From a virus, in IMG/VR virus record IMGVR_UViG_3300022074_000005: 64,000 nt of DNA. One strand, written 5' to 3'. A program made the position numbers and the translations under genes. The notes beneath the pieces are model-generated. The model made no database searches and was not told the origin of the DNA. It was given only the letters and a program-made list of their open reading frames with translations. Of this stretch, positions 28,506 through 38,418 are shown piece by piece. Positions within the stretch are counted from its first letter, which is position 1; each line of letters starts with the position of its first letter.

Positions 28506-28535
28506 ATTATACTCTTTAACCAGTTCATTTGTCAA
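28506..28535 (-). promoter_or_regulatory. Sigma70-type promoter for the desII-uvsY-uvsW unit
   Basis: TTGACA-N18-TATAAT, bracketed by a 14-bp direct repeat (28495-28508 and 28541-28554). Confidence 0.75.
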
Positions 28536-28538
28536 CTC

Positions 28539-29114
28539 CTATAATTTGACTATTGTATATAATTTGTAAGAAAAGTCTGCTGTTGTTTTGATATATTGTG
28601 TATCAGCAGCTTCTTGATCAAAACTTAATGCCCCTATTGTTGTAGGGTATATATCTTCAAATCTTATCTCTGCCACTGGGTTATTTTTATTAGAAAGTAT
28701 TGTTAATGTTGCATCTGAAAACATTGGATTAGCAGGTGTTGCTTGTTGAACATCACCTATATCTTTAGAGTTCCCTTGAGTTGCACCAGTAGTGACAGAC
28801 GTTTGACTTCTAAAAGATTTAAATTGATCTCTTGATTGTGGAAATCCAATAGCTATTAACCAGTCATGTAATTCTTTATAGTTTTCTAAATTTTCATCTA
28901 CTAGAAAAGATATGTTTAAAGGTTCGAAAGTTACCTCATCACCTTGTACAGGTATTGGTTTTAGTGGTGTAGGAAATATTGCATCTCCTAAATTTAGACC
29001 TGGCAGATTACATGCAGTCACAAAAAACTCAACTTTAGGTAACTGATTAATTACTAATCTAAATTGAGTAGGCGACAAGTAATCTAGTGTTGTAGGTTGT
29101 CTTCTAATTGCCAT
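28539..29114 (-). CDS. gp3: Tail completion / sheath stabilizer (gp3-like)
   Basis: YLSPTQF, PKVEFF, FLVDENLENYKELHDW, SDATLTILS; follows gp23. Confidence 0.88.
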   Translation of the reverse strand: MAIRRQPTTLDYLSPTQFRLVINQLPKVEFFVTACNLPGLNLGDAIFPTPLKPIPVQGDEVTFEPLNISFLVDENLENYKELHDWLIAIGFPQSRDQFKSFRSQTSVTTGATQGNSKDIGDVQQATPANPMFSDATLTILSNKNNPVAEIRFEDIYPTTIGALSFDQEAADTQYIKTTADFSYKLYTIVKL

Positions 29115-29130
29115 GGATATCCTTTATATG

Positions 29131-29138
29131 TATTTATA
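29131..29138 (-). promoter_or_regulatory. T4-type late promoter TATAAATA (gp3)
   Basis: Exact consensus 17 nt upstream of the ATG. Confidence 0.8.
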
Positions 29139-29144
29139 CTGCTC

Positions 29145-29176
29145 AAAATAAAAAGGGGGCCGAAGCCCCCTTTTTT
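29145..29176 (-). terminator. Intrinsic terminator after gp23
   Basis: GGGGGC-UUCG-GCCCCC followed by UUUUUAUUUU. Confidence 0.92.
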
Positions 29177-29198
29177 GAATTTGGTGTTTTAACCAAGA

Positions 29199-30518
29199 TT
29201 ACATTAAGTTCGTAACTTGAACTCTTCTGTAGTATTTGTTAGTGTTCGCAGAAAGTGTAATTGCACCTTCAGCAGAAGCAGCAACAGTACCAGTATGGAA
29301 TGGATTTGCAGCCATACCGTATCTTGTTTTGAAACCAATTTTTGGTTGGAATGAGTTCTCACCTACCGCTCTAACCATTTGTAGAGGTACATAAGGACAA
29401 TAGAATACACCAGCATCGTACGGTGAAGTTCCTTTGTATCCTACTACGTAGTATTGTTTAGCAGCTATATTTGCAGCGAATGGGTCGATGTAAACTCTGT
29501 ATCTTCCATTTAATACACCAGCAAAAGTAGTTGTTGTGTCATCTACGTTTAGGTTAGTTGATAACGCAGGTGTGTAGTCTAGAACACCAGCCATTTGAAG
29601 AGCAGACGCAACGTCAGCACTTGTTATGATGATGTTACCTTTTCCTCTTCTTGTTTCTTGACCGATAGCATTTGCATCTCTTTCGATTGCAAATAATAGA
29701 CCTTTAAACTTCTCTACAGACCATCTTCCGTTTGAGTCTGTATCTAAGTCAAAGATACCTGCAGTTGTTGTGTTAACTTGAGCACCTTTAACAGCTGTGT
29801 TGTAAATTGTTCTTACAACTTCTCTGTTAATTTCCATTAAGATTTCACTTGATAAGATGTTAGCAAGTTCTGTTTCAGCATCTAAACCATGGATTGCTTT
29901 TAAGTCTTGAGCTAATTCCATAGTGTATTCTGCTTTAAGAGCTCTTGTTACCGCAGTAACGGTATGTTTCTCAATTGAGAACGCCATTTCTGCGAATTCA
30001 TCTGTACCATCACCTAGTGTTTCACCTTGTGCTGTTGTTTGACCAGTTACGAATGAGTATGTACCCGCACTTGGTGAGTCGTTAAGAACAGCTGGGTTAG
30101 TACCAGATTGATCGCCACCACCAGTATTACCAGCAGCGTCTTGGTTTGATAGATCAGGGATTAATGGGTCAGCCAAAGCTTCTTTACCAGTTTGATTAGT
30201 TGCTCTTGCTCTCATTGCAAATATAAGACCTGTTGGTCCTGACATAGGCTGAACGCCACAAATGTCATATGCAATAAGGTTAGGCATACTTCTTCTAACT
30301 AGAGAAATAAGAATTGGGTCCCAATTGTCAACAGCTGAACCAGTTGCGTTAGTCGGTGCAGCCTCTCCCAAGAATGCTCTATCTTCTTTCATAGATTTCT
30401 CTTGGTTTTCCAAGATTAAAGTAGTAACAGCTCGTCTGTACGCATCGCCGATTTTTGGTAACTCGGGATGCTCTAGGACTGGCTGCCACTTTTCTTGTAG
30501 ATGTTGTGTTTGAAACAT
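29199..30518 (-). CDS. gp23: Major capsid protein (gp23)
   Basis: LIAYDICGVQPMSGPTGLIFAMR, ELAQDLKAIHGLDAE, FQPKIGFKTRYG. Confidence 0.99.
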   Translation of the reverse strand: MFQTQHLQEKWQPVLEHPELPKIGDAYRRAVTTLILENQEKSMKEDRAFLGEAAPTNATGSAVDNWDPILISLVRRSMPNLIAYDICGVQPMSGPTGLIFAMRARATNQTGKEALADPLIPDLSNQDAAGNTGGGDQSGTNPAVLNDSPSAGTYSFVTGQTTAQGETLGDGTDEFAEMAFSIEKHTVTAVTRALKAEYTMELAQDLKAIHGLDAETELANILSSEILMEINREVVRTIYNTAVKGAQVNTTTAGIFDLDTDSNGRWSVEKFKGLLFAIERDANAIGQETRRGKGNIIITSADVASALQMAGVLDYTPALSTNLNVDDTTTTFAGVLNGRYRVYIDPFAANIAAKQYYVVGYKGTSPYDAGVFYCPYVPLQMVRAVGENSFQPKIGFKTRYGMAANPFHTGTVAASAEGAITLSANTNKYYRRVQVTNLM

Positions 30519-30548
30519 TAGTTTCTCCTTTTTATTTTCTACTATTTA

Positions 30549-31952
30549 TTAGTTTGCACTCTTTACAGATTTTCCGATAGCGGATAGATATTTTGCCATC
30601 GGTCCGTCAGCAACGTCCTGTACAGCGGTGCCAGTTTCTACTTCATCATGATTAGTTTCAGTCAATGGCTTTTGTCTAGGGAAATAATTTTCCTTGATTG
30701 TAGTAAGTTTTTCAGCGTAAGTATCCTTATCTGTAAACTCAACTTCTTTTGCCAATGATTCAAACTTTTCAACTTCTGTTTCAGTTAAGTCTGAAGTAAC
30801 TTCAGATTTTACTGATTCCTTAATTAGAGTACCTTCTTGTCTTCTTGACTCAACAACTTGTTGAGTAGTTTCTTCAAGTTTTTTCTCTAATTTAGAAATT
30901 TTATCAGCTTGCGCTTCTAATACGTCATACTTTTCAGCAGGTACATCGATGTAGTGATCTTCGAATAACTGCTTAAGACCAGATATGAAGTCTTCAGCGA
31001 TTTCGCCTTTTAAGCCTCTTTCGATTGCTAGTTCATTTTCTTTCATCCACTCAGTAACAACATAGTCTAAGTAACCATCAACTTTTTCAGATAATGATTT
31101 TTTAGTTTCTGCGATTTCTGATCTTACTTCATCTTGATACTCTTCTTCAAGTCTCTTGATTTCAGCTCGGATTTTAGATTTAACAGCTGTTTCGAAAATT
31201 GTAGCAGCTTTAGTTTTGAACTCATCTGATAAAGAGTCGTCAGCATTCATAAGAGCTTGAACATCTTCTTGTACGTTGATGTCTTTCATTCTTGCTTCTA
31301 CTGCTTCATCTTTAGCGACTTCTTCTTTTTTCATACCATGAGCCATGTCTGACATGTATGCAGCATGAAGTTTTTCCATTTTGTCTTTCTTCATTTTGCT
31401 CATACCATTCATCATTTCTTGGTACATTTCGTCTTTAGTTTTGTCAGCAGCCGCAGAGTGATAAGAATTGTACATCTTCATCATGTCTTCTTTTTTCATA
31501 TGCTTCATTGCTTTAAGCATTTTTTCTTTCATATCATCTTGAGACATTTCTTTTTGCTCTTCGTCTTCGTCAGAATGTGCGTCTTCAGATTTTTCGTCTT
31601 CTTTATCTTTTTTATCTTTAGACTCGTCTTCTTTATCTTCTTCGTCTTCTTCTTTAATTTTTTTGATTGCGTCTGGTTTGCCTTCACCCTTTTGTTGAGC
31701 GTCACCAGAAACTTCTTTTGCTTTTTTAGAAGCCTCTTTACCTGGGTCAGTAGCATCTTTAGGGTCTGTTACTGCTTTTCCCATGTCTTCTGGTTTGTCT
31801 TCTCCACCGAGTGCTGGCTTGATTTTTCCCATAGGTTCTGCTTTTGTAGCAGACTTTGTAGGAGCATTAGGAGCAGTTCCATTGGCTTCTTCTAATTCAG
31901 CCAAAACTTCCGCTTCTAATTCCTCTATGGTTTTGTCTATTTCTGTAGCCAT
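30549..31952 (-). CDS. gp22: Prohead core scaffold (gp22)
   Basis: LSDEFKTKAATIFE, YLDYVVTEWMKEN, FISGLKQLFEDHY; lies between gp21 and gp23. Confidence 0.93.
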   Translation of the reverse strand: MATEIDKTIEELEAEVLAELEEANGTAPNAPTKSATKAEPMGKIKPALGGEDKPEDMGKAVTDPKDATDPGKEASKKAKEVSGDAQQKGEGKPDAIKKIKEEDEEDKEDESKDKKDKEDEKSEDAHSDEDEEQKEMSQDDMKEKMLKAMKHMKKEDMMKMYNSYHSAAADKTKDEMYQEMMNGMSKMKKDKMEKLHAAYMSDMAHGMKKEEVAKDEAVEARMKDINVQEDVQALMNADDSLSDEFKTKAATIFETAVKSKIRAEIKRLEEEYQDEVRSEIAETKKSLSEKVDGYLDYVVTEWMKENELAIERGLKGEIAEDFISGLKQLFEDHYIDVPAEKYDVLEAQADKISKLEKKLEETTQQVVESRRQEGTLIKESVKSEVTSDLTETEVEKFESLAKEVEFTDKDTYAEKLTTIKENYFPRQKPLTETNHDEVETGTAVQDVADGPMAKYLSAIGKSVKSAN

Positions 31953-31988
31953 TGGAATGTTCTCCCTTTTCTTTTTATTTAGTACTAT

Positions 31989-31996
31989 TATTTATA
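31989..31996 (-). promoter_or_regulatory. T4-type late promoter TATAAATA (gp22)
   Basis: Exact consensus in the intergenic gap. Confidence 0.8.
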
Positions 31997-32009
31997 AAAC
32001 TTGGCACTT

Positions 32010-32672
32010 TTAACTCAACATTTTTAAGAATTTTGCGAATTCTAGTGCTTTCATTTTATCTTCTCTTAATCGAGTTCTCTTCTCAATTCTTTGTTTCATC
32101 TCAAATACTTCCGACTCGACTAAATTACCATGGTCCCATACCCACTCTTTACCTTCCATAATTCCCTCTACGAAAGCGTTTGGAGCAGACGGGTCTGCCA
32201 CGATATCCCCTGCTGTTGCAAGTTTGAAGTCGCTTCTCACATAGTTAGCACCGCCTCTTTGGTCTAAACTTCCCATACCCCTTGATGATACACCGAGAGT
32301 TGCACCCTCGTCCATAAGGTTTTTTACGATTTCACCCATCGGAGTCGACATAATTTTTGCTTCTCCTACGAAATTATCGCCCTCTGGTTTTAGTTCAGTT
32401 ATCATATGTGATACTCTGTCTAAATTAACCGTTGGACCTTCTGGGTGACCTAATTCACCAAAGGCTCTATTCTTTTGAACATACTCTTTATTGTAGTTTG
32501 CAACCTCTTTCATCAAAATGTCTTTTGGATATACTCTTCCATTTCTATTTTTGATGTTAGATTGCATAAAGATACCTTTGATCTTATATTCTTTTTTACC
32601 GTTTTTCTCTTCAATTAAATAATTGTTTTGAGAGAAATCCGTTGCTTCTGTTATTAGTTTTACTTTACTCAT
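32010..32672 (-). CDS. gp21: Prohead protease (gp21)
   Basis: NRNGRVYP, GELGHP, VSH, GVSSRGMGS, DIVADPSAP. Confidence 0.97.
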   Translation of the reverse strand: MSKVKLITEATDFSQNNYLIEEKNGKKEYKIKGIFMQSNIKNRNGRVYPKDILMKEVANYNKEYVQKNRAFGELGHPEGPTVNLDRVSHMITELKPEGDNFVGEAKIMSTPMGEIVKNLMDEGATLGVSSRGMGSLDQRGGANYVRSDFKLATAGDIVADPSAPNAFVEGIMEGKEWVWDHGNLVESEVFEMKQRIEKRTRLREDKMKALEFAKFLKMLS

Positions 32673-32676
32673 ATTC

Positions 32677-33057
32677 CTAGCTTAAGTTATCATATCCGTC
32701 TGTTTTCTTTAACTTTAGAATAATAAAACCAACAGATGCACTTGAATTTGTTAATACAATATCGCCAGTTACACCTGAACCAGCATTGTTTTTGATTGTC
32801 GGTAATGATTGTGATGTATTGTACGCTCCATTACCATTTAAAGATAATGCAACCACATTAGAAGTTGCATCGAATAGCAAATCTGTTTGTGAACCTACTG
32901 ACCATTGACACGCAACAATCGATAGTTTTGGGCCTGAGTCATGTCCAGCTAGACCTGACGCATCAACAACTGTTGCAGTTGAGTTTGTACCAGTAGTTGT
33001 TATTTTAACAACGTGTTCAAAATCTGAATCTACCAATGTTTGTAATACTACTGCCAT
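32677..33057 (-). CDS. Hypothetical virion-associated protein
   Basis: 126 aa, S/T/G-rich beta-type sequence in the head operon, AGGA SD. Confidence 0.7.
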   Translation of the reverse strand: MAVVLQTLVDSDFEHVVKITTTGTNSTATVVDASGLAGHDSGPKLSIVACQWSVGSQTDLLFDATSNVVALSLNGNGAYNTSQSLPTIKNNAGSGVTGDIVLTNSSASVGFIILKLKKTDGYDNLS

Positions 33058-33066
33058 TTTTATTCC

Positions 33067-33315
33067 TTATTTCATAAATCCGATTGCTTCTTTTTCAAAA
33101 TAACTAAGTAGGTCTTGTTCTTTCACTTTGTACTTTTTAGAGACATCGGATATAGTCTTTTCAAAAGTATTTAGGAAATTTTGAGGTTTGGCGTCCATTT
33201 TTTTGAATATATCATCGACTGCCCTCTTCATTTTAGGCGACAATTTTCTATATTCTTTAGTTCTTTTGAACTCATCGGCCTCAAATGTTTGAGTATAAAC
33301 CTCTTCAAATTTCAT
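33067..33315 (-). CDS. Small head-operon protein (prohead core-like)
   Basis: 82 aa charged protein between gp20 and gp21. Confidence 0.65.
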   Translation of the reverse strand: MKFEEVYTQTFEADEFKRTKEYRKLSPKMKRAVDDIFKKMDAKPQNFLNTFEKTISDVSKKYKVKEQDLLSYFEKEAIGFMK

Positions 33316-33318
33316 TTT

Positions 33319-33531
33319 TTACTCTGTTTCTTTAACTTCAGGTTCTACTGCTGGTGCTTCTGGTTCTACCTCTGTTATATGATCTCTTACAAAACCTTTT
33401 GCTACTTCTTGTTTTTTAGTATCAATAGCCATTGCGATTTTGTCTTTCATAACATCTTTAAAAGCATCCTCAGCATCTAAGTTGCTACCTGTGTGTATTG
33501 CGTCTATAACTTTATCACTTGTCATTTTCAT
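33319..33531 (-). CDS. Small prohead core protein (gp67-like)
   Basis: 70 aa directly after the portal gene; AEDAF...K...AID..KQEVA pattern. Confidence 0.65.
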   Translation of the reverse strand: MKMTSDKVIDAIHTGSNLDAEDAFKDVMKDKIAMAIDTKKQEVAKGFVRDHITEVEPEAPAVEPEVKETE

Positions 33532-35104
33532 CTCCTATTTCATCTTCTGGTTCTTGGTTATCTGCAGGTTCTGTATTACCTGTTGGTCTATTTGTGACAC
33601 CTGAGTTAGGTGGTAAATCTACACCGCCATCTTCTACATCAAGACCTGCTTCTGTGTTCATTTGATCTTTCATCTCATCAATTTCGTGTTCAGTAAATTT
33701 AAGTACGTTTTGTTGTACCCATTTCTTACTAAAGAATGTTCCTACAAAACTTTCAATAGCTCCTAATTGATCTATCTTCTCTCTTAATAATTCTGCATTT
33801 TTTAATTCTGCAAAGTTATTGTCTTGTAAGAAGTCATAACTTATTCTTTCTTTTATAGAACTCCACTCCTCTACATTAATAACACCTTTTAAAACTAATT
33901 GTGATTTAAGTATATCATTAAATAAAGGTGTAAACTTCTTTCTAATTTTCTGTACAAACTTTGTAAATTTTAATTCATCTCTAGTAATCTCTGTTGATCT
34001 TCCTAAAGAAAAGTTTTGTTCAGCTTCTAATCTTGATATGGGAACATTTAAAGAACGATATAATTTTCTTTGAAAGTAAACTATATCCTCTATTTCACCT
34101 AAGTTGTTTCCACCTGGTAAAGTTGTAATCTCTGTACCTCTGCCACCTTCTCTTCTTGGTAACCAAAAGTCTTCAAGCATTGACATGTGATTTCTGTCGT
34201 CTCTAATCTCACCAGTCTTTGCATCATACACTAATTTATTTCTATATCGGTGCATAACATCTTTTAGATATTGTTCTGCTTTTGCTTTTGGTAAATTACC
34301 AACATCAATATAAAAGATTCTTCTTTCTGGTGCTCTTGATATTCTATAGATAACAAGACTGTCTTCAATCATTCTTAATTGATTAACAGGTTTAATTGCT
34401 TTGTGCAAATAAGATAAAACCATATTTCTATTTGCATCTATTAAACCAGATGGGCAATATGCTACTGAGTCTGGTGATAGTCTAGCACCAATCAAAGTGT
34501 TACTACCACTTCCCCCATACATCATGCCTTTTGGATTGTAAACATAGTAGTCCTCAGATTTTTTAATTATATCTGGTCCTATTGCTTTAGGTTGTTTCTT
34601 AACTTCTTTAACTTTTTTGATTTGTCTTGGGTCGATATATCTAACTTCTTGAATACCTAATTTTGGATTTTTGGTATCAATAACTTTATGATAGTAAAGC
34701 CTACCATCAATATACCATCGTCTGAATATGTCTGGTCCTTTAGTATCAAAATCTAATAATCTTAATACTTGATCAAACTCTTCTCTAATTCTATTTTTTA
34801 CTCTAGTGTTATAAGGTAAGTTGTCTGTTATTACTTCTACAGATTGATCTCTTTCATTTGCAACAATAGCTTCATTAATGATATCTTCAATTGCACTATC
34901 ACACTCTGGTTGATTCGCAATGTCTCTATATCTACGAACAAGGTCTTGTTCGTTTCTGTCTCTACCGTCTTGATCTAGAACTTGAGCAAAGTGCCCACCG
35001 CCTGCGATTTCTACTGTGCCATCGTCAGGCGATTTTTGGGTAAACTTTTCTTGGCTCTCTGTATCTTTTATTCTTTCGAATTTAAATCCGAATAGCTCTG
35101 CCAT
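33515..35104 (-). CDS. gp20: Portal protein (gp20)
   Basis: LFGF, RRWYIDGR, YRISRAPERRIFYIDVGN, MLEDFWLPRREGG. Confidence 0.98.
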   Translation of the reverse strand: MAELFGFKFERIKDTESQEKFTQKSPDDGTVEIAGGGHFAQVLDQDGRDRNEQDLVRRYRDIANQPECDSAIEDIINEAIVANERDQSVEVITDNLPYNTRVKNRIREEFDQVLRLLDFDTKGPDIFRRWYIDGRLYYHKVIDTKNPKLGIQEVRYIDPRQIKKVKEVKKQPKAIGPDIIKKSEDYYVYNPKGMMYGGSGSNTLIGARLSPDSVAYCPSGLIDANRNMVLSYLHKAIKPVNQLRMIEDSLVIYRISRAPERRIFYIDVGNLPKAKAEQYLKDVMHRYRNKLVYDAKTGEIRDDRNHMSMLEDFWLPRREGGRGTEITTLPGGNNLGEIEDIVYFQRKLYRSLNVPISRLEAEQNFSLGRSTEITRDELKFTKFVQKIRKKFTPLFNDILKSQLVLKGVINVEEWSSIKERISYDFLQDNNFAELKNAELLREKIDQLGAIESFVGTFFSKKWVQQNVLKFTEHEIDEMKDQMNTEAGLDVEDGGVDLPPNSGVTNRPTGNTEPADNQEPEDEIGDENDK

Positions 35105-35141
35105 AATGTACTCCTACTTTTTATGTATTTATGTAGGTAAA

Positions 35142-35672
35142 TTAGAAGTTAACGCCACTTGCTTCGAAGTGTTGATATCTCCATGTCACCTCAAACTCTT
35201 CCAATGCATTTGTTGACTCATATGCTACGTCAATTTGTGCAACTGTTAATGGATGAGCATTTCTAAAGATGTAGTTTTTAAGAACTGTATCATCTCTATC
35301 TAATTGTTCAACGAATAAATCAGCAGAATATTCAGCAGGTGTAGATACACCAGTGTTTTCTACTAAATCATTGATACCATTCATCCAACGCTCTATAGCA
35401 TTTCTTACCATAAAGTCTGTATCGTTAATGAATGTTGTTGACCATGTTTCGAACTCTCTGTCACCAGCGATGTAGATATTTCTACCTCTGAATGGTACAG
35501 GTATTTCACCAAGTGTTTGGCCTGGTAAGTTTGAAGCTTTTGCTAAGAAAGAACTTCTTCTTACATCAAGTCCTATTGCAATACCTGGTGGTGGTGTAAT
35601 AGTGACTCTAAACTGATTGGGTCTAGCGCCTCCACCGATTAGGTTTGCTTTAAAGTCGTCTATTCTAGCCAT
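35142..35672 (-). CDS. gp19: Tail tube protein (gp19)
   Basis: GGARPNQF, VPFRGR, AGDREF, EEFEVT. Confidence 0.96.
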   Translation of the reverse strand: MARIDDFKANLIGGGARPNQFRVTITPPPGIAIGLDVRRSSFLAKASNLPGQTLGEIPVPFRGRNIYIAGDREFETWSTTFINDTDFMVRNAIERWMNGINDLVENTGVSTPAEYSADLFVEQLDRDDTVLKNYIFRNAHPLTVAQIDVAYESTNALEEFEVTWRYQHFEASGVNF

Positions 35673-35673
35673 C

Positions 35674-37683
35674 TTACGCTCCTCCTACTTCGGTAAACGC
35701 AACACCAGTTCTAGTAGCAATAAATGATAAAGTTATGAAGTTAATGCTTCTTGCAGGTTTTACAAAAATGTCTGCAACAAACTCATTTCTATCAATTACT
35801 TCACCAGTATTATTACTTGCGTCTGCTATTACTCTAAAGTCACTTATTCCTCTTCGACCTTGTATGTCTCTTAGGAATGGCTCAACTAAGTTTCTAAATT
35901 GTGCTCTAGTAAACTCATCATTGAACTCAAACAATTGGAATTTAGCAGCTGTTGCTATTGCTTTTTCTAGAAGTAAGAATAGTCTTCTTACGTTTATTCT
36001 ATCGAAAGCACTTGGTTTAGTTAATGCAGTTTTGTCACCAAATAAAACAACACCTTGACCTGGGAAGTTAACAACTGGGTTAATTCTTGCTCTGTAAAGT
36101 ATATCTCTCTGAGCTTGGTTAGGGTTGTAAGATAATTTGATTGCGCCTCTTATGTTTCCTCTGTTAAATCCAGCAGGTGAAAAGAAGCTATCTGCTACTC
36201 TATCTGTATTAGCACATAATCCAGCAGTATCACCATTTAATGGTACAAATCTAAACTCATCATTGTATTTGTCATACATGTATTTGTATCCACTATCGAA
36301 TACTACGTATGATGAACTAGGACATAAATCAAATGCTGTTTTTACGTTTTCAGTTTGTGTTGTATCGTTAGCAACATTAACTGTTGCACCTCTATGTGGT
36401 GATACGAATGCTACACAGTCTTTTCTTTTTTCAACTAAATCAGTAATCATAGTTACGTGTGTGTCTTGACCACTTGATGTATCTGCTACAATAGAAGATG
36501 GTCCACCAATTACTAGATTGATATCAATTGACTCTGTATCACTAAACTTATCATATGCACTTTCAATCTCTCCAGCAGTTACAGCGTAGTCGTCTGTACC
36601 AGATGCTAAGTTTGTAGCAGTTGGTGTATCTACAGCTGTGTATGCTGATGTAGTATCAGTTCCCCAATTTGAACCACCTGAGTTGTGGTCCATCCAAAAT
36701 ATATTTTCTGATTGATTGTAAATTACATTTGGATAGTAATTTGTATTACCTTGAGCAGTTTTTGCATTTGGGTTTTTTGACATATTTGCAAAAGTTTCGA
36801 TAATTGCATTTTGTCTATTTCCGTTTGAATCAACATCAAAACCTGAAATGTCGCCAGTAGTATCGTAAACTACTACGTGAATTTCGTCACCTGAACCTCT
36901 ACCGTTTTGAGTTGCCCATGCAGATGTACCTGGAGCTCCGTCAAATCTGTCGTAAAATCTCCAACGTCTTTTGATGAAAGAGTTATCAGGTATGACGTTA
37001 TGAACACCACCACCGTTAGGGTCGTCTAATCTTTTGATTGTTGCAACGTTAGTTGAAGTATTAATCGCTGTTACTTCATATTGTTTTCCGTCTTCACCAG
37101 TTACAGGTGTTGTACCTGCTGAGTCTGTAAAGAAAGATATAATATCTCCAACGTGTATTTCATCGTCTGCTAAATCTATGTTATCTACTGCGATTGATGT
37201 TGAACCTACTGCATCTTCACCAACTGTTTGGTTAGATGATGTCAACATTTCTTCGTATGCTGTTGCTGTTGCACAAATAGAAACTCCTATAGAATTTCCC
37301 CATGTTCCAGCTGATCTTGCAGCCCACTCACCAACAGATGCTTCGCCTGCAGCGAAAGAACCTTGATAGTGATCTGTATCTCTAATTAGTATTGCTGTAC
37401 CTGATGCAACTGCGTTAACTACTCCACTTTCTGCTCTTACTACTCTCAAAGAGTTTGTATATTGTAGGAAGTTTGCAGCTGAAAAGAATGTCTCAAAGTT
37501 TGAGTCATTTGGTTTTCCAAAATTTTTAATAAGGTCTTCTTCAGACGTTATAGTTGTTACAGATGAAACAGGGCCTTTTTGAAATGCTCCAGCGATTGCA
37601 CCTATAGATGTTGCTACTGCTGGTACCACATTTGTTAAGTCAACTTCTTTTACCTGAACGCCAGGTGAGACTAAAAATGCCAT
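35674..37683 (-). CDS. gp18: Tail sheath protein (gp18)
   Basis: SPGVQVKEVD, SPAGFNRG, FDRINVRRLF, KPARSINFI. Confidence 0.98.
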   Translation of the reverse strand: MAFLVSPGVQVKEVDLTNVVPAVATSIGAIAGAFQKGPVSSVTTITSEEDLIKNFGKPNDSNFETFFSAANFLQYTNSLRVVRAESGVVNAVASGTAILIRDTDHYQGSFAAGEASVGEWAARSAGTWGNSIGVSICATATAYEEMLTSSNQTVGEDAVGSTSIAVDNIDLADDEIHVGDIISFFTDSAGTTPVTGEDGKQYEVTAINTSTNVATIKRLDDPNGGGVHNVIPDNSFIKRRWRFYDRFDGAPGTSAWATQNGRGSGDEIHVVVYDTTGDISGFDVDSNGNRQNAIIETFANMSKNPNAKTAQGNTNYYPNVIYNQSENIFWMDHNSGGSNWGTDTTSAYTAVDTPTATNLASGTDDYAVTAGEIESAYDKFSDTESIDINLVIGGPSSIVADTSSGQDTHVTMITDLVEKRKDCVAFVSPHRGATVNVANDTTQTENVKTAFDLCPSSSYVVFDSGYKYMYDKYNDEFRFVPLNGDTAGLCANTDRVADSFFSPAGFNRGNIRGAIKLSYNPNQAQRDILYRARINPVVNFPGQGVVLFGDKTALTKPSAFDRINVRRLFLLLEKAIATAAKFQLFEFNDEFTRAQFRNLVEPFLRDIQGRRGISDFRVIADASNNTGEVIDRNEFVADIFVKPARSINFITLSFIATRTGVAFTEVGGA

Positions 37684-37731
37684 TGTTGTTCTCCTTGTAA
37701 AGTATAGCTATTACTTTTAATTTTATATCTG

Positions 37732-37790
37732 TATTTATAGATATTTAATTTTCAAAACCCTATTATTTATAGACTAACTGAATATAAATA
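37732..37790. promoter_or_regulatory. Divergent late promoters: two TATAAATA on minus (37732-39, 37764-71) and one on plus (37783-90)
   Basis: Three exact consensus copies in the gp18/HNH gap. Confidence 0.8.
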
Positions 37791-37797
37791 CTACATT

Positions 37798-38097
37798 ATG
37801 CAATCCCACTATGAGAAATACAAAGAAACTATCAAAAAAGTAGCAAGAAGACATTATAATAAAAGGGTCTCTTGGCTAAATCAACATTTATCTGATAAGT
37901 CTTGCCATAATTGTGGTGAAAGTGAAACTATATGTCTAAAGTTTCATCCTCACGACTCTCAAATACGTAAAATATCTAAAACAAATGGTATCAATGGGTC
38001 TGGTAGACAAGAGATACTAAATCTTATAGATAGTTCAAAAATCATATGTCATAATTGTTGGATTAAATTAGATAATGATTTAATCGAACTTATATAG
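37798..38097 (+). CDS. Zn-binding HNH-like protein, probably with a degenerate active site
   Basis: CHNCG...LKFHPH...ICHNCW; has its own late promoter. Confidence 0.7.
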   Translation: MQSHYEKYKETIKKVARRHYNKRVSWLNQHLSDKSCHNCGESETICLKFHPHDSQIRKISKTNGINGSGRQEILNLIDSSKIICHNCWIKLDNDLIELI

Positions 38098-38418
38098 CAT
38101 TGGATAGTTAAACAATTCACTTAAATATCTTACATAATATTGTCCATAAGTTTTTATTAAGTGTGATGATATAAAATGTATTTTAGGACACATTGATACA
38201 TCATCTATAGATTGTGTTGTTTTTCCACTAATAATAACTTGCACATCAAATAGATATCTAACAATTTGATAAAACTCTATATTCCAACTATCTAAATGTA
38301 TTATATTATATTTTACAGATAAATCTATTTGATCTGTAGGATTATCAAAAACTTTCACCATTTTTGGAAAGTAATCTAATATTTTTTTATCGCCTATTAC
38401 AATTAAAAGTTTATTCAT
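38080..38418 (-). CDS. Hypothetical protein
   Basis: ORF coupled to the gp17 stop codon (TAATG). Confidence 0.55.
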   Translation of the reverse strand: MNKLLIVIGDKKILDYFPKMVKVFDNPTDQIDLSVKYNIIHLDSWNIEFYQIVRYLFDVQVIISGKTTQSIDDVSMCPKIHFISSHLIKTYGQYYVRYLSELFNYPMLYKFD

